In this document: positions 40,376 to 55,000 of the stretch, one piece after another
How positions within the stretch are numbered: position 1 is the stretch's first letter
How the letters are laid out: every line of letters starts with the position of its first letter
Assembly: GCA_048128005.1 (NCBI GenBank)
Contig: JBEUKZ010000006.1
Coordinates: 62,001 to 126,000, forward strand
Source of the DNA: Veleropilina oligotropha
Lineage: Eukaryota
Direction: 5' to 3'
DNA: 64,000 bases
The notes under the pieces: generated by a model
The model's database searches: none
Seen by the model: the letters and a program-made list of their open reading frames with translations, nothing else
Told to the model about the DNA's origin: nothing
Made by a program: the position numbers and the translations under genes

Positions 40376-41268
40376 AACAAGAATACAAAGCCATCAATAT
40401 CTCCTGCAATGGTACGTTCACAATAATTACTATATGCTGTATGTTCTTGAAATAATAAATAATAACGAGGGCAATAACTCTGTCATTAATCATGACGCCA
40501 CGTTAAAACTATGAAAAATCAACAGTTAACCAACTACTGAATACACCCACCAAGTTTCATAATGATACGTCAAGCACTGTATGAGATATAGTCGGGAATA
40601 ACAAAATTAAAGCAAGGGCAACAACTCTGTGAATATTTGATGTACAACGTCAAAATTAACGAAAGGTACCAGTTCAACAACTGCTTAATATGCCCACCAA
40701 ATTGCATAAAGTAATGCCGAGCAGTTTAGGAGATACGCTTTGGAAAGGAGAACAGTAACAAATTAACAACAATGGCAATAACTCTGTTTATGATCACCAC
40801 ACGTCGAAACTAGGAAAAGGCACCAGTTCACCGACTACTTCATATATCCAGCAAGTTTTGTAAAGTTATGTCGAGCGGTGTATGAGCTATGCTCCGGAAG
40901 AGAGAACATTTAACGAATTTAGAACAAGGGGAATAACTCTGTTAATGATCGCCGCACAACATCGAAACTAGCAAAAGGCACCAGTTCACCGACTACTGAA
41001 TACATCCAGCAAGTTTCGTAAAGTTAGGTCAAGCGGTGTATGAGCTACGCTCCGGAAAAGATAACATTAACGAATTTAGTACAAGGGAAATAAATCTGTT
41101 AATAATAGCGACACGACGTCTAAAGTAGCAAAAGGCTTCAGTTCACCGAGTACTTAACACACCCAGGAAGTTTCAAAAAGTTATGTCGAGCGGTGTATGA
41201 GATAATTTGCACGGATGGACGGTCTGCATTTTAATATCTCCCGCAATTTTTTTTTTGCGGGGAATAAT
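40376..41268 (+). mobile_element. HINE-like element related to 24143-25608
   Basis: ~150-bp core repeats and a tcccgc...gcggggaat hairpin. Confidence 0.65.
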
Positions 41269-41479
41269 AATGTTACGCAGTGTACTAGGAGTTTGCGCCT
41301 GTATGATCATCAATATTACTGTCATCAACAGAGGATATTTCACAGAAGTGTTTATTAAGAATGTTTGTCGTGGCTTTGTTGTCTGTTATCTGTTCGTTTT
41401 CTTTATTTTTAATAGAACTAAGTGATTCATGCTGCAATGGCCTACACGTAGATTTCAACAGTTACCACCAAGTTTTGCA

Positions 41480-42410
41480 TATTGTTGTTTGTGGTATTTA
41501 ACTGATTATATACTTTGTCATAATAATTTCGTATCGCCATGCAAACAAGGTCAATAACTTTGTTGCGTATTCTTTGAAATTTCGCCCACGAATCTGTCAA
41601 GTTTTGTAGAGCGTGTGCTCCATTACATGGCATATCTCTGGGGCAGATTGTTATTATTTCAGATCATGATGGATAAAATATCCCATCATTTCTCTTAATG
41701 TAGATGTAAATTTGGAACACAATATGTTCGCATCAGGTTCCTCGAGTAAGACTTCCCATTGGAAATGACCAATTTGTCCTGAGAGACCGTGGTAGTCTTC
41801 TAGATTAATGGTCGCTACAAATCGGATCAAGTACGGAGGTGGTAGTCATGATATCAGGGCAATTATTAAAAACAACATCGATTAATGTCGCCGAGTTAAT
41901 TGTGATTCTGGTCGGCAACTCGACATGGTGATTATAATTAAACATCGAGAACAAATTTGTAACTGGTATTGAAGTTACAGATAAGATATTCACATTAATG
42001 CCTCCCAAAATAACTACTGGGACATTTAATTGGTCGGTATTTTCAAGAAATTCATAAAAATCATTCATCCAGGTATTTAGAGGTTTGTTGGACGGTCGAT
42101 AAACGGGGGGGGGGGGGGGAATTATGCTTAATGTCCTGTATATTTATAACATCGAGGTTCAAGGCAGGACATGTCCGTGTTATCGCGGGAGGAAACCCCG
42201 GTCGCCGGGTAAACCCGCCCTCTTCGGCCAGTCACGGACAACTGTGCTTCATAACTTGAACAAATGTGTGCTGCCTCAGCCCGGGGTCGATCCCACTACT
42301 GTTCGCGTCAGCGGAAACAAGCCAGTGAATTTAGAGTGGACACTCTACCCACTGCGCTACCGAAGCCGCCGTCGATAAACGCAGCATACAATAAAGGAGG
42401 TATTGTTAAT
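41480..42410 (-). pseudogene. Decayed CR1/L2-clade LINE ORF2 fragment (APE endonuclease plus linker)
   Basis: VYRP, ILGGIN (degenerate GDxN), PTR, LID and SDH motifs, then W.KF..IRNKV.....IRNYY. Stops and frameshifts present; interrupted by a SINE. Confidence 0.85.
42106..42370 (-). mobile_element. Young SINE copy inserted into a LINE relic
   Basis: TSD gtcgataaacg; poly-C tail. Confidence 0.9.
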
Positions 42411-43078
42411 AAGAAATATTTGCACATATCATTTAAGGATATATGTTGGGGATAATAATTAAGTTGATTTTCCTTTTACGGCAAGTAAACATGGCAATGA
42501 CCCCTAGTAAATAAGCTTTAGAGATCACACTTTTAGCACAAATAATTATTCACATAGATCCTAACATTGGTGTAATATATATCTACTCTTAATAGGTATT
42601 GGCATATTGTTTACCACATTTTCCAGGTGGTAAACAAATTATTAAAAGTCAATCTGTTGCCTTTTAAACATAATATCAGCAATATAACAGTTAAATGTCA
42701 ACTGATATGGATCACTGCCCGATATAAACCACACTTAATTCCATGTCCCATTAATAATACAATCCCCATGCACTTGTAATTAAATGCTACACATTACATA
42801 AATTATTAAGCAGAAATAAAAGTGTTGTTGCTTTACATCAGTGCACACGACACAAACAAGCATCTTCCAATCATATGAAGCTTAATTCAGACTCCATCAA
42901 ATTTTAAGTGAAATCAGATTTTATTAATGCATATCATTTAATCTTTGGTTTTCTTGCAAATAAAATAAATAAGCGCATTTATTACATAGGTATACATCCT
43001 TAAGGTTATAACATCACAAAACATGCCAAATTGAAAAAATCTCCTTTGCAAACCCAAAACGAACCATTTGTTCCTTAC

Positions 43079-43375
43079 CGTTCTCCGTCTGCGGGTGAGT
43101 TTCCGCCGGAGGTGTTTCTTCCGCCCCTCCGTGGGGTCCATGAGGCAGTCATCACAGTCGCATGACGATAGTTCTATCTCCGATATACTGCTATCCGAGT
43201 CGTGCCTCTGAACAGACATGCAGTTTCCAGTAGATTCATTTGATGGAATTCGCTGGTTCAGAGATTCTGGCATGGTATTCTGGTTTTCTTCATCACAAGG
43301 TATCATTGTAATGGACGGCACCCTTGACTGCAGATTATGTGTGCCTACACTAACGTGCTCACTGCAGTTGGTCAT
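43079..43375 (-). CDS. ITPK: Putative alternative first coding exon of IP3K (99 aa; SSCDCDDC and a basic RKKHLRRKLTRRRRT end)
   Basis: ATG preceded by an in-frame TAA. Ends at ACG|gtaagg, phase 0. Confidence 0.8.
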
Positions 43376-44053
43376 ATCGTTGGCTTACATTCGCAATGAT
43401 GAACTTTTTCCCATAAATCATTCAATCAAGAGCCATGTTGTGTTAAGATTAAGGCATATGAATATTCCACCTGAATAATATCTAGATGCTCCAAATGTCC
43501 CTAGCTTCTCCAGCCTCAGTATGCAACATTAACATGCATAGCATAGCTAAGCGCAACAGAATGCTTGCTTCCATGCAAACAAAGGCAGCAAGGATTAAAT
43601 CTCCAACACATGTGTGAAGAAATCAAATTGCTCTTCTGGTGAGTGTTGGCTTCAAACACATGCAGATTATAATCAAACGAATCTCTTGTAGACAACCAAT
43701 TTAGTTAACTGTCGCAGAATAACACATATCTTGGTATTCCAAAACAAGATGCCATTTATCGATTAACTTGTCTTGATAATATCACTTTTCTGTTATGCTT
43801 TTAAGAAGTGTCCCCTGTCATCATGAATCTTTCATCTGATCCTTCACAGTACTGAACCCCCCTAACAGCTGGTGATACCTTGATGTGCTCTAGCGCCTTC
43901 TTCTTTTCTAGTCGATATCCCCACTGGCAATTTGTCCCTTGAATCGCTGTGATATTCTAAACACTAATATTGTCTAATCGCTGTGAAATGAGAAGATGAC
44001 CGATAAAATAGCAAATAGCGACAACAGACTGCTGGCCTAAAAAAGCACGCTCT

Positions 44054-44063
44054 CTATAAATAG
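44054..44063 (-). promoter_or_regulatory. Candidate MEF2/TATA-like element (CTATTTATAG) upstream of the 43079-43375 exon
   Basis: Exact CTA(A/T)4TAG match ~680 bp upstream of the ATG. Motif match only. Confidence 0.3.
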
Positions 44064-45479
44064 CAACAATCCATCTCCTCTGACAAATCAGCTTTCAGCT
44101 TGATCAAGTCTCAGTGCTTGTGATCTGACCACAGACCCAGCTGCACTCCAAGTATAGGACATGAGGTCTGTGTTGGCCCTGGGACGGCCAGTCAGCTAGC
44201 ATTCAATGCAAGACAAGTGTCAAAACCCCAGCTATGTATAATCGGCCATGTAGTGAACTGCCTACTCTCAATAGGGTGAATGTAGGCAGGAAATGTTGGG
44301 TCTGTTTCCAACAAACAAACCATTGTCAGATGGTTGACACCTAAGTAAACATATGATATATGATGTAAGGTGCTAAGCTGTATAATTGGCTTAGTTGTCA
44401 TGGAATCATGACTTAAATCCTATACAGCTGAGAAAAGAAACAGGAACACGAATAGTACGAAAAATCATTAAGAAGCAATGGACATGTAACAATATATGCC
44501 ATAATAATGATTTTATATATATGCATAACATATGGGCATAAGATTTCTGCATGCTAGTTCATATCATTTTTAAAAGTACCTGCATCTCTTTGAAGTAAAT
44601 TATCATTAGGAGTGGCAACTATGATTGACAGTGCCTATATTAAATAGGACTATGTAAAACTAAAAAAAGAAGAAGAAGATAGAACCATCTCCATGGTGCA
44701 GTCCTCAATCCTCCTTCCTGATGGATTGTGGAGCAGTGTGATCCATACAGTCAGGCAATCAATTATGCAAATTTCTTTGTTAATATGATGACCAGGCTGA
44801 ATGATTATGCCCCTTGCTGAAGGACAATTAGTTTATTGTAGACTAATTGATCACTCTCCATGAACAAAACATGGTACATATTGATGTGCAATGACACCGC
44901 ATGAGTAGATCAATTAAGTTTCATAATTGCACTATCTCTGTTATTATAATGACTATAGTCTAGAGGTATATCCTGTTACCGCGACAGGATTGGAGTTTTA
45001 ATAGTCAGAAGAGGCAAATCTGTTATTTAAATTAAGTTATAGCTTTGCATCCACATTGCAAAAAAGATATTCATGTTTTACTCTCTTACATGTATTTCAT
45101 GACAATAATTATTGATCTCATTTTTGAAGAAGGAAGATCGATAGCGAGGGATCAACTAGTATCACGAAATGATAGCAAACCGATTCTGTTCTTTATTCAC
45201 CATTGATCAACTACAATGTATCTCGAAATAGTAAGCCATCTTTCATTTATGTGCTTATTAGCATGCCGCTTGGTCGAAAAAATTTATGTTTGTCCCGAAT
45301 TGTTAGAATGCTATAATGACAGTGTCTCTTGAATGCTATAATGACAGTGTCTCTTGAATGCTATAATGACAGCTCGTGTCTCTTGAACAATTTTACAGTT
45401 CTTTTAGTACTTTTATAATTTCTATTTTTTAATGTCCCATGGAATCATGCAGCTAGGATCTTATCGAGACTTTCACATA

Positions 45480-45690
45480 TTATCATGAGAAGACAGCCAG
45501 TCTGAGAGTTGCATGTCCAGTGAACCCGGTCAGTCCGGTCAGTTGAACCCGGTCAGTTATAGACAACTGTGACTATTAACTCCAACAAGTACCTATAGCC
45601 AAGGATTCGAACTCGCCTGTGAAGCGCGGAGCTATCGAACGGGTGAACTGAGATCGAGTCACCCTCTTCTTCACTCAGCAGCCTCTCTCA
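45480..45690 (-). mobile_element. Decayed tRNA-derived SINE
   Basis: GAGTTCGAATCC B-box on the minus strand and partial body similarity to the main SINE. Confidence 0.5.
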
Positions 45691-47832
45691 ATTATATGTA
45701 ACTTTAAAATGTCAACTAGAGCTTGCAAGTTAGAGAGCTGATTTTGTAACTAAAAATCATACATAATTTTATAAGTGCCTCGCGGATTGAAAGAATAGAA
45801 GCAGCTTGTTTTGACAGCGATGATTGTCAAATTGAAAATTGAAGGGCAAATTCAACATGGAGTTGATATAATAACAGAAGCGTTTAATATAATATAAAAA
45901 AAATTCCTGTCAAGGCCTGCAAAAATTCTACACTGTTGAATGATTAATCCTCACCAAAAAAAGAGTCAATTACAGAATTTATTAACTAAATGTTTAAATG
46001 ATAACTTCCCTATATGCATCACTGAAATTGTATTGTGAAACTTTATAGATTAAGGGAGACAATTATGTATGCCTAGTTAATTGTCGCCAGGAGTTACTTC
46101 CCTTTAACCAGCCAACATTTTCAGAACAAGTATCCAAAATATTACGATGTAATGAACACAAGCGATCAAATGATAACCTAGGCTATCATTAAATGAAGTG
46201 CTAAATTAGTCCACCAATAACACAACACAATGTACATTTTAGGCAATTTTAAGTGGGCCAACAAATTAGGCTGCCAAATGTGACACGACGGGATAACTAT
46301 TTGATTTCACAATATGGTGGTTCTTTTAATTCAGCAATATTAGCGGTATGCCTGACAAAGTTCACACTCGCAAATTATGGAAAATTTTAATATTTGAATA
46401 ATGGGATGGCATATATTGTTTAACGAATAAAAATTGATGTTGATCGGATATGGTACTTCAGATGCTGTGTCGAAAAGTGTAAAATATGTGGTAAAAATAA
46501 ATATTTTCATTCAATATTTGAACTCATGACAGTTAATACTTATATCTAATAGCATATTGAGTTTGAAGGAGATGGCTCTTGATTGACATCGAAAAAGATA
46601 GGTGGGTTTCTCAGAAATAAGAACCATGCCATAAATTCTTTAATGTCTACGTCAATGTTGCGTTTCACAAATCTAAAATCACCATTCAAGAGAATTAATT
46701 TCTAATCTGTCAGTTTCAAGCAAATGTGACCCCATTATGACAATAATTACGGTAGTCTGGTGTCTTGCGTTTACTGTACGTACCAATTAGCATACACTGA
46801 CCCACAGCCTTAGTCTGTTTTTCTCTCAGTAGATGTCATATGTATGCACCAAATTGTCCATTGAACCAATGTTTATCAATATTTGGCACGACCATTTACA
46901 GCAATTCATCTACTTACGAAAGCTGTAAATTTGAATGTAATTAATATGATTATCATAACCTATTTTATGATTTAAATTATAGTAGTAAAGCAAAAGTTAT
47001 CACTTATTATACATGTTCACATATCAATAAACATTATCACCTTTAATGATGAGTGAAATAAAAGATCATAACTTATCTATAATACAATTAACACGCTAAT
47101 AATAATTGCAGCACAGCCTGAGACTGCTAAGCCTGCTTCACACAGATCTCATCTGTGGACTCTCAGACCAAATAAGCCATCAAGTCAGACATATGCACTG
47201 CACAATATGATCGACATATTAGTCTATGAAACTTGACAATTTTGACTTTCATAGAAAACTTGAGAATTTTATGATACCGCTACTTACTGGTATCAAAATT
47301 TTCCAAAAATGTATCTGTTGTAATGAGACTACACTGGTCCGGATCAAAATGATACTGCATGCATTTGCACACAAGAGATTTTTTTAGAACTTTGGGTCAA
47401 CATAAACATAAAGCCTGGCACAAAAGAGCAATTTCAGTCCCTGACGACGACTTGCAGAATATCAAAATTTGCGTGATATATCGAGACATGAAATTGTTCG
47501 TCGCTCATGAATTGCTACTAGCTCACTGTGTGTGTGCTGATGGTGATCTGTAATGCTGAAAGCAGTATTCATCAACCAATGAACACACACACTGATATCA
47601 TGTGGTATTACAAAATGGAGGTACCCAGGTCAAGCGTGTGGATGGAGGACAAAAGTTGAAGTCATAATCGTCAATTACACTCGTCTACTGTCCTGGGGAG
47701 AAACATTATTTATATATTGACATTAAACTTATCCTGCTGCTCACATAATATTATGTCACCGAGCTGATCACTCTTTGCCAATTTACTTTAAATTAATATG
47801 ATAGACCAATTATAGTATACAAACAATGTCAT

Positions 47833-49000
47833 TATTACCTTCGCCCACGTAGTGGTCACGGGGAGAAGATATTGCAATTGGGTCGGTTTGTCTGTCTGTG
47901 TGTGTCTGACTGTCCACGAGTATATCTCAGCAACCATTGGGTCGGTTTGTCTGTGTGTGTGTGTCTGACTTTCCACGAGTATATCTCAGCAACCATTGGG
48001 TCGGTTTGTCTGTCTGTGTGTGTCCGTCTGTCCACGAGTATATCTCAGCAACCATTGGGTCGGTTTGTCTGTCTGTGTGTGTCTGACTGTCCACGAGTAT
48101 ATCTCAGCAACCATTGGGTCGGTTTGTCTGTCTGTGTGTGTCCGTCTGTCCACGAGTAATCTCAGCAACCATTGGGTCGGTTTGTCTGTCTGTGTGTGTC
48201 CGTCTGTCCACGAGTATATCTCAGCAACCATTGGGTCGGTTTGTCTGTCTGTGTGTGTCTGACTGTCCACGAGTATATCTCAGCAACCATTGGGTCGGTT
48301 TGTCTGTCTGTGTGTGTCCGTCTGTCCACGAGTAATCTCAGCAACCATTGGGTCGGTTTGTCTGTCTGTGTGTGTCTGACTGTCCACGAGTATATCTCAG
48401 CAACCATTGGGTCGGTTTGTCTGTCTGTGTGTGTCCGTCTGTCCACGAGTATATCTCAGCAACCATTGGGTCGGTTTGTCTGTCTGTGTGTGTCTGACCT
48501 TCCACGAGTATATCTCAGCAACCATTGGGTCGGTTTGTCTGTCTGTGTGTGTCTGACTGTCCACGAGTATATCTCAGCAACCATTGGGTCGGTTTGTCTG
48601 TCTGTGTGTGTCCGTCTGTCCACGAGTATATCTCAGCAACCATTGGGTCGGTTTGTCTGTCTGTGTGTGTCTGACCTTCCACGAGTATATCTCAGCAACC
48701 ATTGGGTCGGTTTGTCTGTCTGTGTGTGTCTAACTTTCCACGAGTATATCTCAGCAACCATTGGGTCGGTTTGTCTGTCTGTGTGTGTCTGACTGTCCAC
48801 GAGTATATCTCAGCAACCATTGGGTCGGTTTGTCTGTCTGTGTGTGTCTGACTGTCCACGAGTATATCTCAGCAACCATTGATCCGATTTACTCAATGTT
48901 TGTACACGAGATAGCATCCTCCATACGTTCAGTCCTCCTCAAATTTCCGGATTGTCTGTCTGCGAGCATATCTCAACAACTATTGATCCGATTTACTTAA
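47833..49000 (-). repeat. ~59-bp minisatellite (~17 copies, 47878-48880) inside a HINE-like element
   Basis: Unit ttgggtcggtttgtctgtctgtgtgtgtctgactgtccacgagtatatctcagcaacca. A single-unit relative lies at 57200-57382. Confidence 0.9.
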
Positions 49001-49012
49001 ATGACATGAACA

Positions 49013-50655
49013 ATAAATACATACCCCCGTTCAGCACTTTCCATAATGATATCTTATGTCAATGTTCTATCAGCCATTATTCGTTAAAAAATACGAAATA
49101 TTTTCAGATGCTACGGCGAAATCAAGTTTCTCTTCAAAAAGTATATTTCAAATTCTTATCTATCCTCAATACTCCAAAGCATAATATAAAAAAAAATTGC
49201 GCACTAAGACTCAGTTCAGTGATTTTGTCCAGATCATTATTAATTATATCTGCGAAATATAAATTTCAGAAAAGTAAAAGTACTCACCATAGCAGGGATG
49301 TGCCCAGGAATTTTTGAGTGACGGTATAATAATTATCAATGTCAATTTTCGGCGCCATACGAATAAGTTTTACAAATTAATACTGTATTATTATGCATCT
49401 CAAAAGCAATTTCTTAGACCCGAGTGACATTTAGATCATACATTTACAATGTATATTATAAAATGTACATTTAAAATGTATATATGCTTGTTTTTAACAT
49501 AAATTATTCAAATATAGTGGTGGGAAATCTAAATATTTTTGTAAGTGCTGGGTGGAAGCAAAGGCTGCCAGGTGGGACCACCCAGTGCCACCCGGTGTGG
49601 GCACATCACTGCCATAGTTAATGTTTGTATCAAATTTTGTGAAGAAAACCTGTACGGTTTGTGAGATATTCTCTGCACAATAGTGTCGCACATTATAGTC
49701 TATGTCAATCTTATATCCGCCCTTTTTTTTAAATAAAATTTTACAAACCTGGAACTAGCAAAAGGCTAGTACTCAACCTGGCTAGTTAATGTGTGTATCA
49801 TGTTTCGTGAAGCTATCCTGTATGGTTTTGGAGATATGCTCTGGACAAAAGCGTTGCACACTCCGTTCAGTGCCTTCGTACATTGTAGTCAATTTTATAT
49901 CAGAAATTTAAAAAAAAATTCAGAAACCGAAACCTGAAAATAGCAAAAAGCACAACTACTCAACCTAGTTAGTGTGTACCAAGTTTCATGAAGCTAGCCT
50001 GTACGGTTTGGGATTTAGGCTCTGGACAAAAGCATTCTCCATTACAGTCTATATGATATCCACCATTTTTTGTAAATGTAAAAATTTCAGAAACCTGAAC
50101 ATAGCAAAATGCACAAGTACTCAACATAGTTAATGAGTGTACGAAATTACGTGAAGCCATCCTGTAATAATATGGTTTGGGAGATATGCTCCGGACAAAA
50201 TCGTCACACACTCCGTACGTTTGGTGCCTTCGTTCATTGTAGCCAATATCAATCTTATGTCAGCAATTTTTTTTAAATAAAAAAGGCACATCTATACTCA
50301 ACCTAGTTAATGTGTGTACCAAGTTTCGTGAAGCTGTCCTGTACGGTTTGGGAGATACACTCCGGACAAAAGCGTTGCACACTCCATTTGGTGCTTTCAT
50401 TCATTATAGTCTACATCAATATTATATATCCGCCATTTTTTGTAAAAATAAAAACTTCAGAAACCTGAAAATAGCAAAAGGCACAATTTAAGTACTCAAC
50501 GTAGTTAATGAGTGTATGAAGTTTCGTGAAGCTAGCATGTACGGTTTAGGAGATATGCTCCGGACAAACTACTGGAAGGACGGAGACAGAAGGATGGATG
50601 AACGAACGGAACGATATATATACCCCCAGCTACTTCATGGCACGGGGGTATAAAT
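49013..50655 (+). mobile_element. HINE-like element of the same family as 6937-8753
   Basis: Same subterminal motif, core repeats and 3' palindrome. Confidence 0.7.
49293..49611. mobile_element. MITE nested in the HINE-like element
   Basis: TIRs cagggatgtgccca / tgggcacatcactg, flanked by the direct repeat ccatag. Confidence 0.75.
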
Positions 50656-51013
50656 ATAGTGTCCACCTTAGGCTCAGTCTCATCAAAGATGATCCAATTC
50701 GGAAAGTGGATCCGGATTTCATGACGCAAATTTCAGATTTTTGACTTTAGTACTAGAATGCTTCACCATAACAACTTTAAATTAGGCTCAAAATGCTCTT
50801 TAATTATTAGTCACAGATATATCTGACTTTTCCACTGAGGCAAAGGTTTGCAATATTGGATTGCCGGTGCTCTTTCGGTACTTCCCCCACAGTTCCGGCT
50901 TTTATACATATTTAGGAGCTCCGGCTTGTATTTGTCTAAAATTTTCACACTCCGCGTATTATCTTCTACTAAAGGCAAATGCAGCTTGCGATAAGATACA
51001 TGTGATGGGTACG

Positions 51014-51276
51014 GGAGGAATTATGCTTAATGCTTAATGTCCTGTATATTTATAACATCGAGGTTCAAGGCAGGACATGTCCGTGTTATCGCGGGAGGAA
51101 ACCCCGGTCGCCGGGTAAACCCGCCCTCTTCGGCCAGTCACGGACAACTGTGCTTCATAACTTGAACAAATGTGTGCTGCCTCAGCCGGGGGTCGATCCC
51201 ACTACTGTTCGCGTCAGCGGAAACAAGCCAGTGAATTTAGAGTGGACACTCTACCCACTGCGCTACCGAAGCGGCC
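51014..51276 (-). mobile_element. Young SINE copy
   Basis: TSD tgtgatgggtacg. Confidence 0.9.
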
Positions 51277-52038
51277 ATTTGTGATGGGTACGTAGTTGTA
51301 TTGGCTTTACAAATTTATATACACCGGACCGTCTTAGAATGTAGATCTAGTGGCATTGTATATATCCATACCATACAAAGGAACCTGGTAGACTGTTGCT
51401 ATTATTGAATATCCCGCCACTAATTTGTCAGCCAATCAGAACGGTCACATTCTCCAGTAATAATTTATGAACACTTCTAGTTTTCAACTGGTTTTCAACT
51501 GGTTTTCAACAGGAATCATCAGCTGCATGTGAATAAAAATAGCACAAGTCAAGTTTTCAACATGTTTTCATGTGGTGGTAAAATCAATGTTCTAATTTTC
51601 AACTACTTTTCAACTTGGAAAATATCAAAGTTCTAGTTTTCAACAAGTTTTCAACTGGTGAGAATAATGAAGTTCTAGCTTTCAACTAATTTTCAATTCT
51701 AAGATATTTTATACCAGTTGAAAAATAAGTTTCTAACTGCAGTTTTCAACTATTAGTTAGTTTACATTTGAAAACTTCCTGTAATACAGTTGAAAACTAA
51801 CTAGTCTTTTTTGTAAGGGGGCCATTTCCACATATTTCCTTCACATAATAAACAAGACACTCCTGAGATTGCAATCCTTCGCCCCGGTAGAAAGAAATAT
51901 GGTGATATGTCTGCAAATAATAGTCAAAGAACATTGTTTTACGTTGACTTTAGAAAGTTGAATAAAGACAATCGCTACTGTTTTAACCTGTCGACAGGAA
52001 TTCTTCATCTAGATCAGTGGTTTGAATAACAAAAAGAA

Positions 52039-55000
52039 ATTAAAGCTGCAAGGCAGCTGTAGAGGGCTTCAAGCTGATCGCATCATATAGCCCGCAGCAA
52101 TCTGCCCAATTGATTTTTCGCTCGCAATATAAAGCCATAAATCGTATTTTTTCATAGGCTTTATTTCAGCCTTCATATTATCGTATTTGAGTGTAAAAAT
52201 CGGACAAAATAGGATTAAATTGTACTGGTTGGCACCTCTGCTACACCCATAATCTCTAGGCGTCGTGATACATATTTTTTCAAATTTTATTAATATATAC
52301 ATATGGCCACTCTGAATCGAATGCCGCAAATTGGCGGAGTTGGCCATTTCCTGGCCAACATGTCTTTTTTCCTTAATTACGCCATTTCCTGCAATGTAAG
52401 TCAACTGCGGTCAAAGGCCAAGGTCACATGTGAAAGATCAACCATGACTTCCCATAGGCTCCCCATAGTAACTATGTGTCTACGAAGCATCCGTCTTGAT
52501 ATATTGCCACTTGTAACAAATGCTTTAATGACCACCGAGGCACTTCCTGTTTTTCAATTTTATCTGGCAAATGTGGTAAATGTCGACTCCACACGTCAAT
52601 AGGAGTTCACTTTATCCATTATAGGCACACATATATGCATTTTTCCTTAATTAGGTCATTTAGAGCAATGTAGGTCATCTGAGGTCAAAGGTCATGGTGG
52701 CATTTGAAAGCCCAACCATGACTTCCCATAGTAACCATGTGTCTGCGTTACATCATTTTCAAGATAGATCCATTTTAAAAAAATTAACTTTTAAATGCCC
52801 GCCGCCATCTTCAGACGCTCGCAGCGGCCTCCTTTTACGAACGATCGATTTTTCGCTTTCAATTTAAATTCGCCTTAATACGTCAATCATATCTGGAAAG
52901 TCTTCCCTCGCTGTCATTGGCGGTTTTTTAGATTTTTTAATATATTCAAGATGGCGGCCGAACACCGTGGACTATGAAGTAAAATTATTGCGCCGACCTG
53001 CTTTGCTTATAGACCAATGTTATCTGAAAGTTTGAAATGCCTGGTTATTGTCGTTTTCAAGTTACTTCTGGAAGGAAAAACACGTTAAACTTCAATATAT
53101 TCAAGATGGCGGCCGAACAACGTGCACTACGAAGTCAACTTATTGCGCCGACCTGCTTTGCTCTGGTATCCATGTTATGTGAAAGTTTCAGACCCCTGGC
53201 TACTGCCGTTTTCTAGTTGCACTTGGAAGGAAAATAGTGACAATAATAATAATAATAATTAAAGCTGCGAGCAGCTGTGAGGGCTTCAATCAGATAAACG
53301 AAATAAAAAAAAGACGTAAAATAAAAAAAAATAAAAAAGTTTAATTTAAAAAAAAAAAAAAAATTACAAAAAAATACTAAATTTAAAAAAATATTTTTTA
53401 TATTTTAAGATATACATATGGCCACTCTGAATCGAATGCCGCCAATCTTAGATTTCTACGCCGAAAGTGCTAGGGGGGCCGGAAAATTTTGAAACCTAGA
53501 TGCTATGAAATCTATTATCTTGTGCATTAACCTATGATGGAAATTAAGAAGTATCTATAATAATGAATGCGCAACTGGACTACCAACAGAATATCAATGT
53601 TTTCACCATATATTAACAGTTAATGAATCATGTAGCCTTCTGTTGGCTAAATGTTTACTTAAGCCTGATAGCAGAACTTCTCAAGGGCCTTGCTGTCCAC
53701 TGGACAGGGTTGCCACGCGGCTTTATGACACCTCAAAGAGACAGGCTCATAAACTGCCTACTTCATCTGATAAGGCAATTAGCACTGAGCTGGTCGCGCC
53801 GAAATGAGACGAGGAATTAAAATAGTATTTTTTAAACAATGAAAGTACTTATTGTATTCTTGTCACAATTCTCTAATATAACGATCTTTATATAGTATAT
53901 TTTATGCGAAAATCTGGAAGAAAAAGGACGATTTTTAGAGGCGCTATGAAGCAATATTCATCTAAAAAAACTAAGTCTAATAACTCTCAAGCAACTCATT
54001 TTAGCGATGTATTCTATAGATATTACATTAGATATTTTCGATACGAATAAAATGAATTGCGTCACGTTTCATATAAATGAAAATTAAAGAAGTTACAGTC
54101 AATTTAATATTAAATTTAATGTCTTCATAACTCCTTTTTAATTTGTCTCACAAAGTATTCCATTAGAACAACATATACCGATATAATGCTTTGTCAAAAC
54201 TACCAAGTGTCGATAAGATCACGCTACTCAGTTCTGAGAAAAGCGCATTTTAATGTTTTCAAAAAATCAAAGATTGCGACGAAACCATGGCATTTATTGG
54301 CTAAAATTTTGCGGCAAACATTACTTGATATCGATGCGCACTCACCCTGGAAGATTGGAAAGATTTCGTGGAGTGCATTGAAAGATACTGCAGAAATGAA
54401 AAATTGAAAAAACTTCAAAATTTTGTCAAGATTAGGACGCCCGTAGCGATCTTAGCATTGCAAAAATGAAAATTTCATTTCCAAGAGATTGTTGTCTCAA
54501 TAGTCTAGATCATGCCTTTGAAGATTTTGTCTCGATCTCGTAAGCCGTGTAAGACTTATATCGTTTTTGAAAAGAGGTCATTTTTTTACAAAATTGAAGA
54601 TTACGACCAAAGCAAAAAATCCCGAAACTTGAAAATGGAACGAGGCAATGCTTCAATGATGTGCCCAAGCACACATGAATTTTGACTGCAGAAATGAAAA
54701 ATTTAAAAAACTTCAAAATTTTGTCAAGATTAGGACGCCCGTAGCGATCTTAGCATTGAAAAAATGAAAATTTCATTTCCAAGAGATTGTTGTCTCAATA
54801 GTCTAGATCATGCCTTTGAAGATTTTGTCTCGATCTCGAAAGCCGTGTAAGACTTATATCGTTTTTGAAAAGAGGTCATTTTTAATTTTGTCAAGATTAG
54901 GACGCCCGTAGCGATCTTAGCATTGAAAAAATGAAAATTTCATTTCCAGGAGATTGTTGTCTCAATAGTCTAGATCATGCCTTTGAAGATTTTGTCTCGA

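Noticed and set aside
42124..42378. Recurrent MLNVLYIYNIEVQGRTCPC ORF as a multicopy gene
   Set aside because: Antisense reading of the SINE; copies have TSDs, Pol III boxes and frame-breaking indels.
53745..53810. Hammerhead-like arrangement (ctcata...CTGATAAGGC...GCCGAAATGAG)
   Set aside because: The core deviates from CUGANGA, stem I cannot form and stem II is very short.
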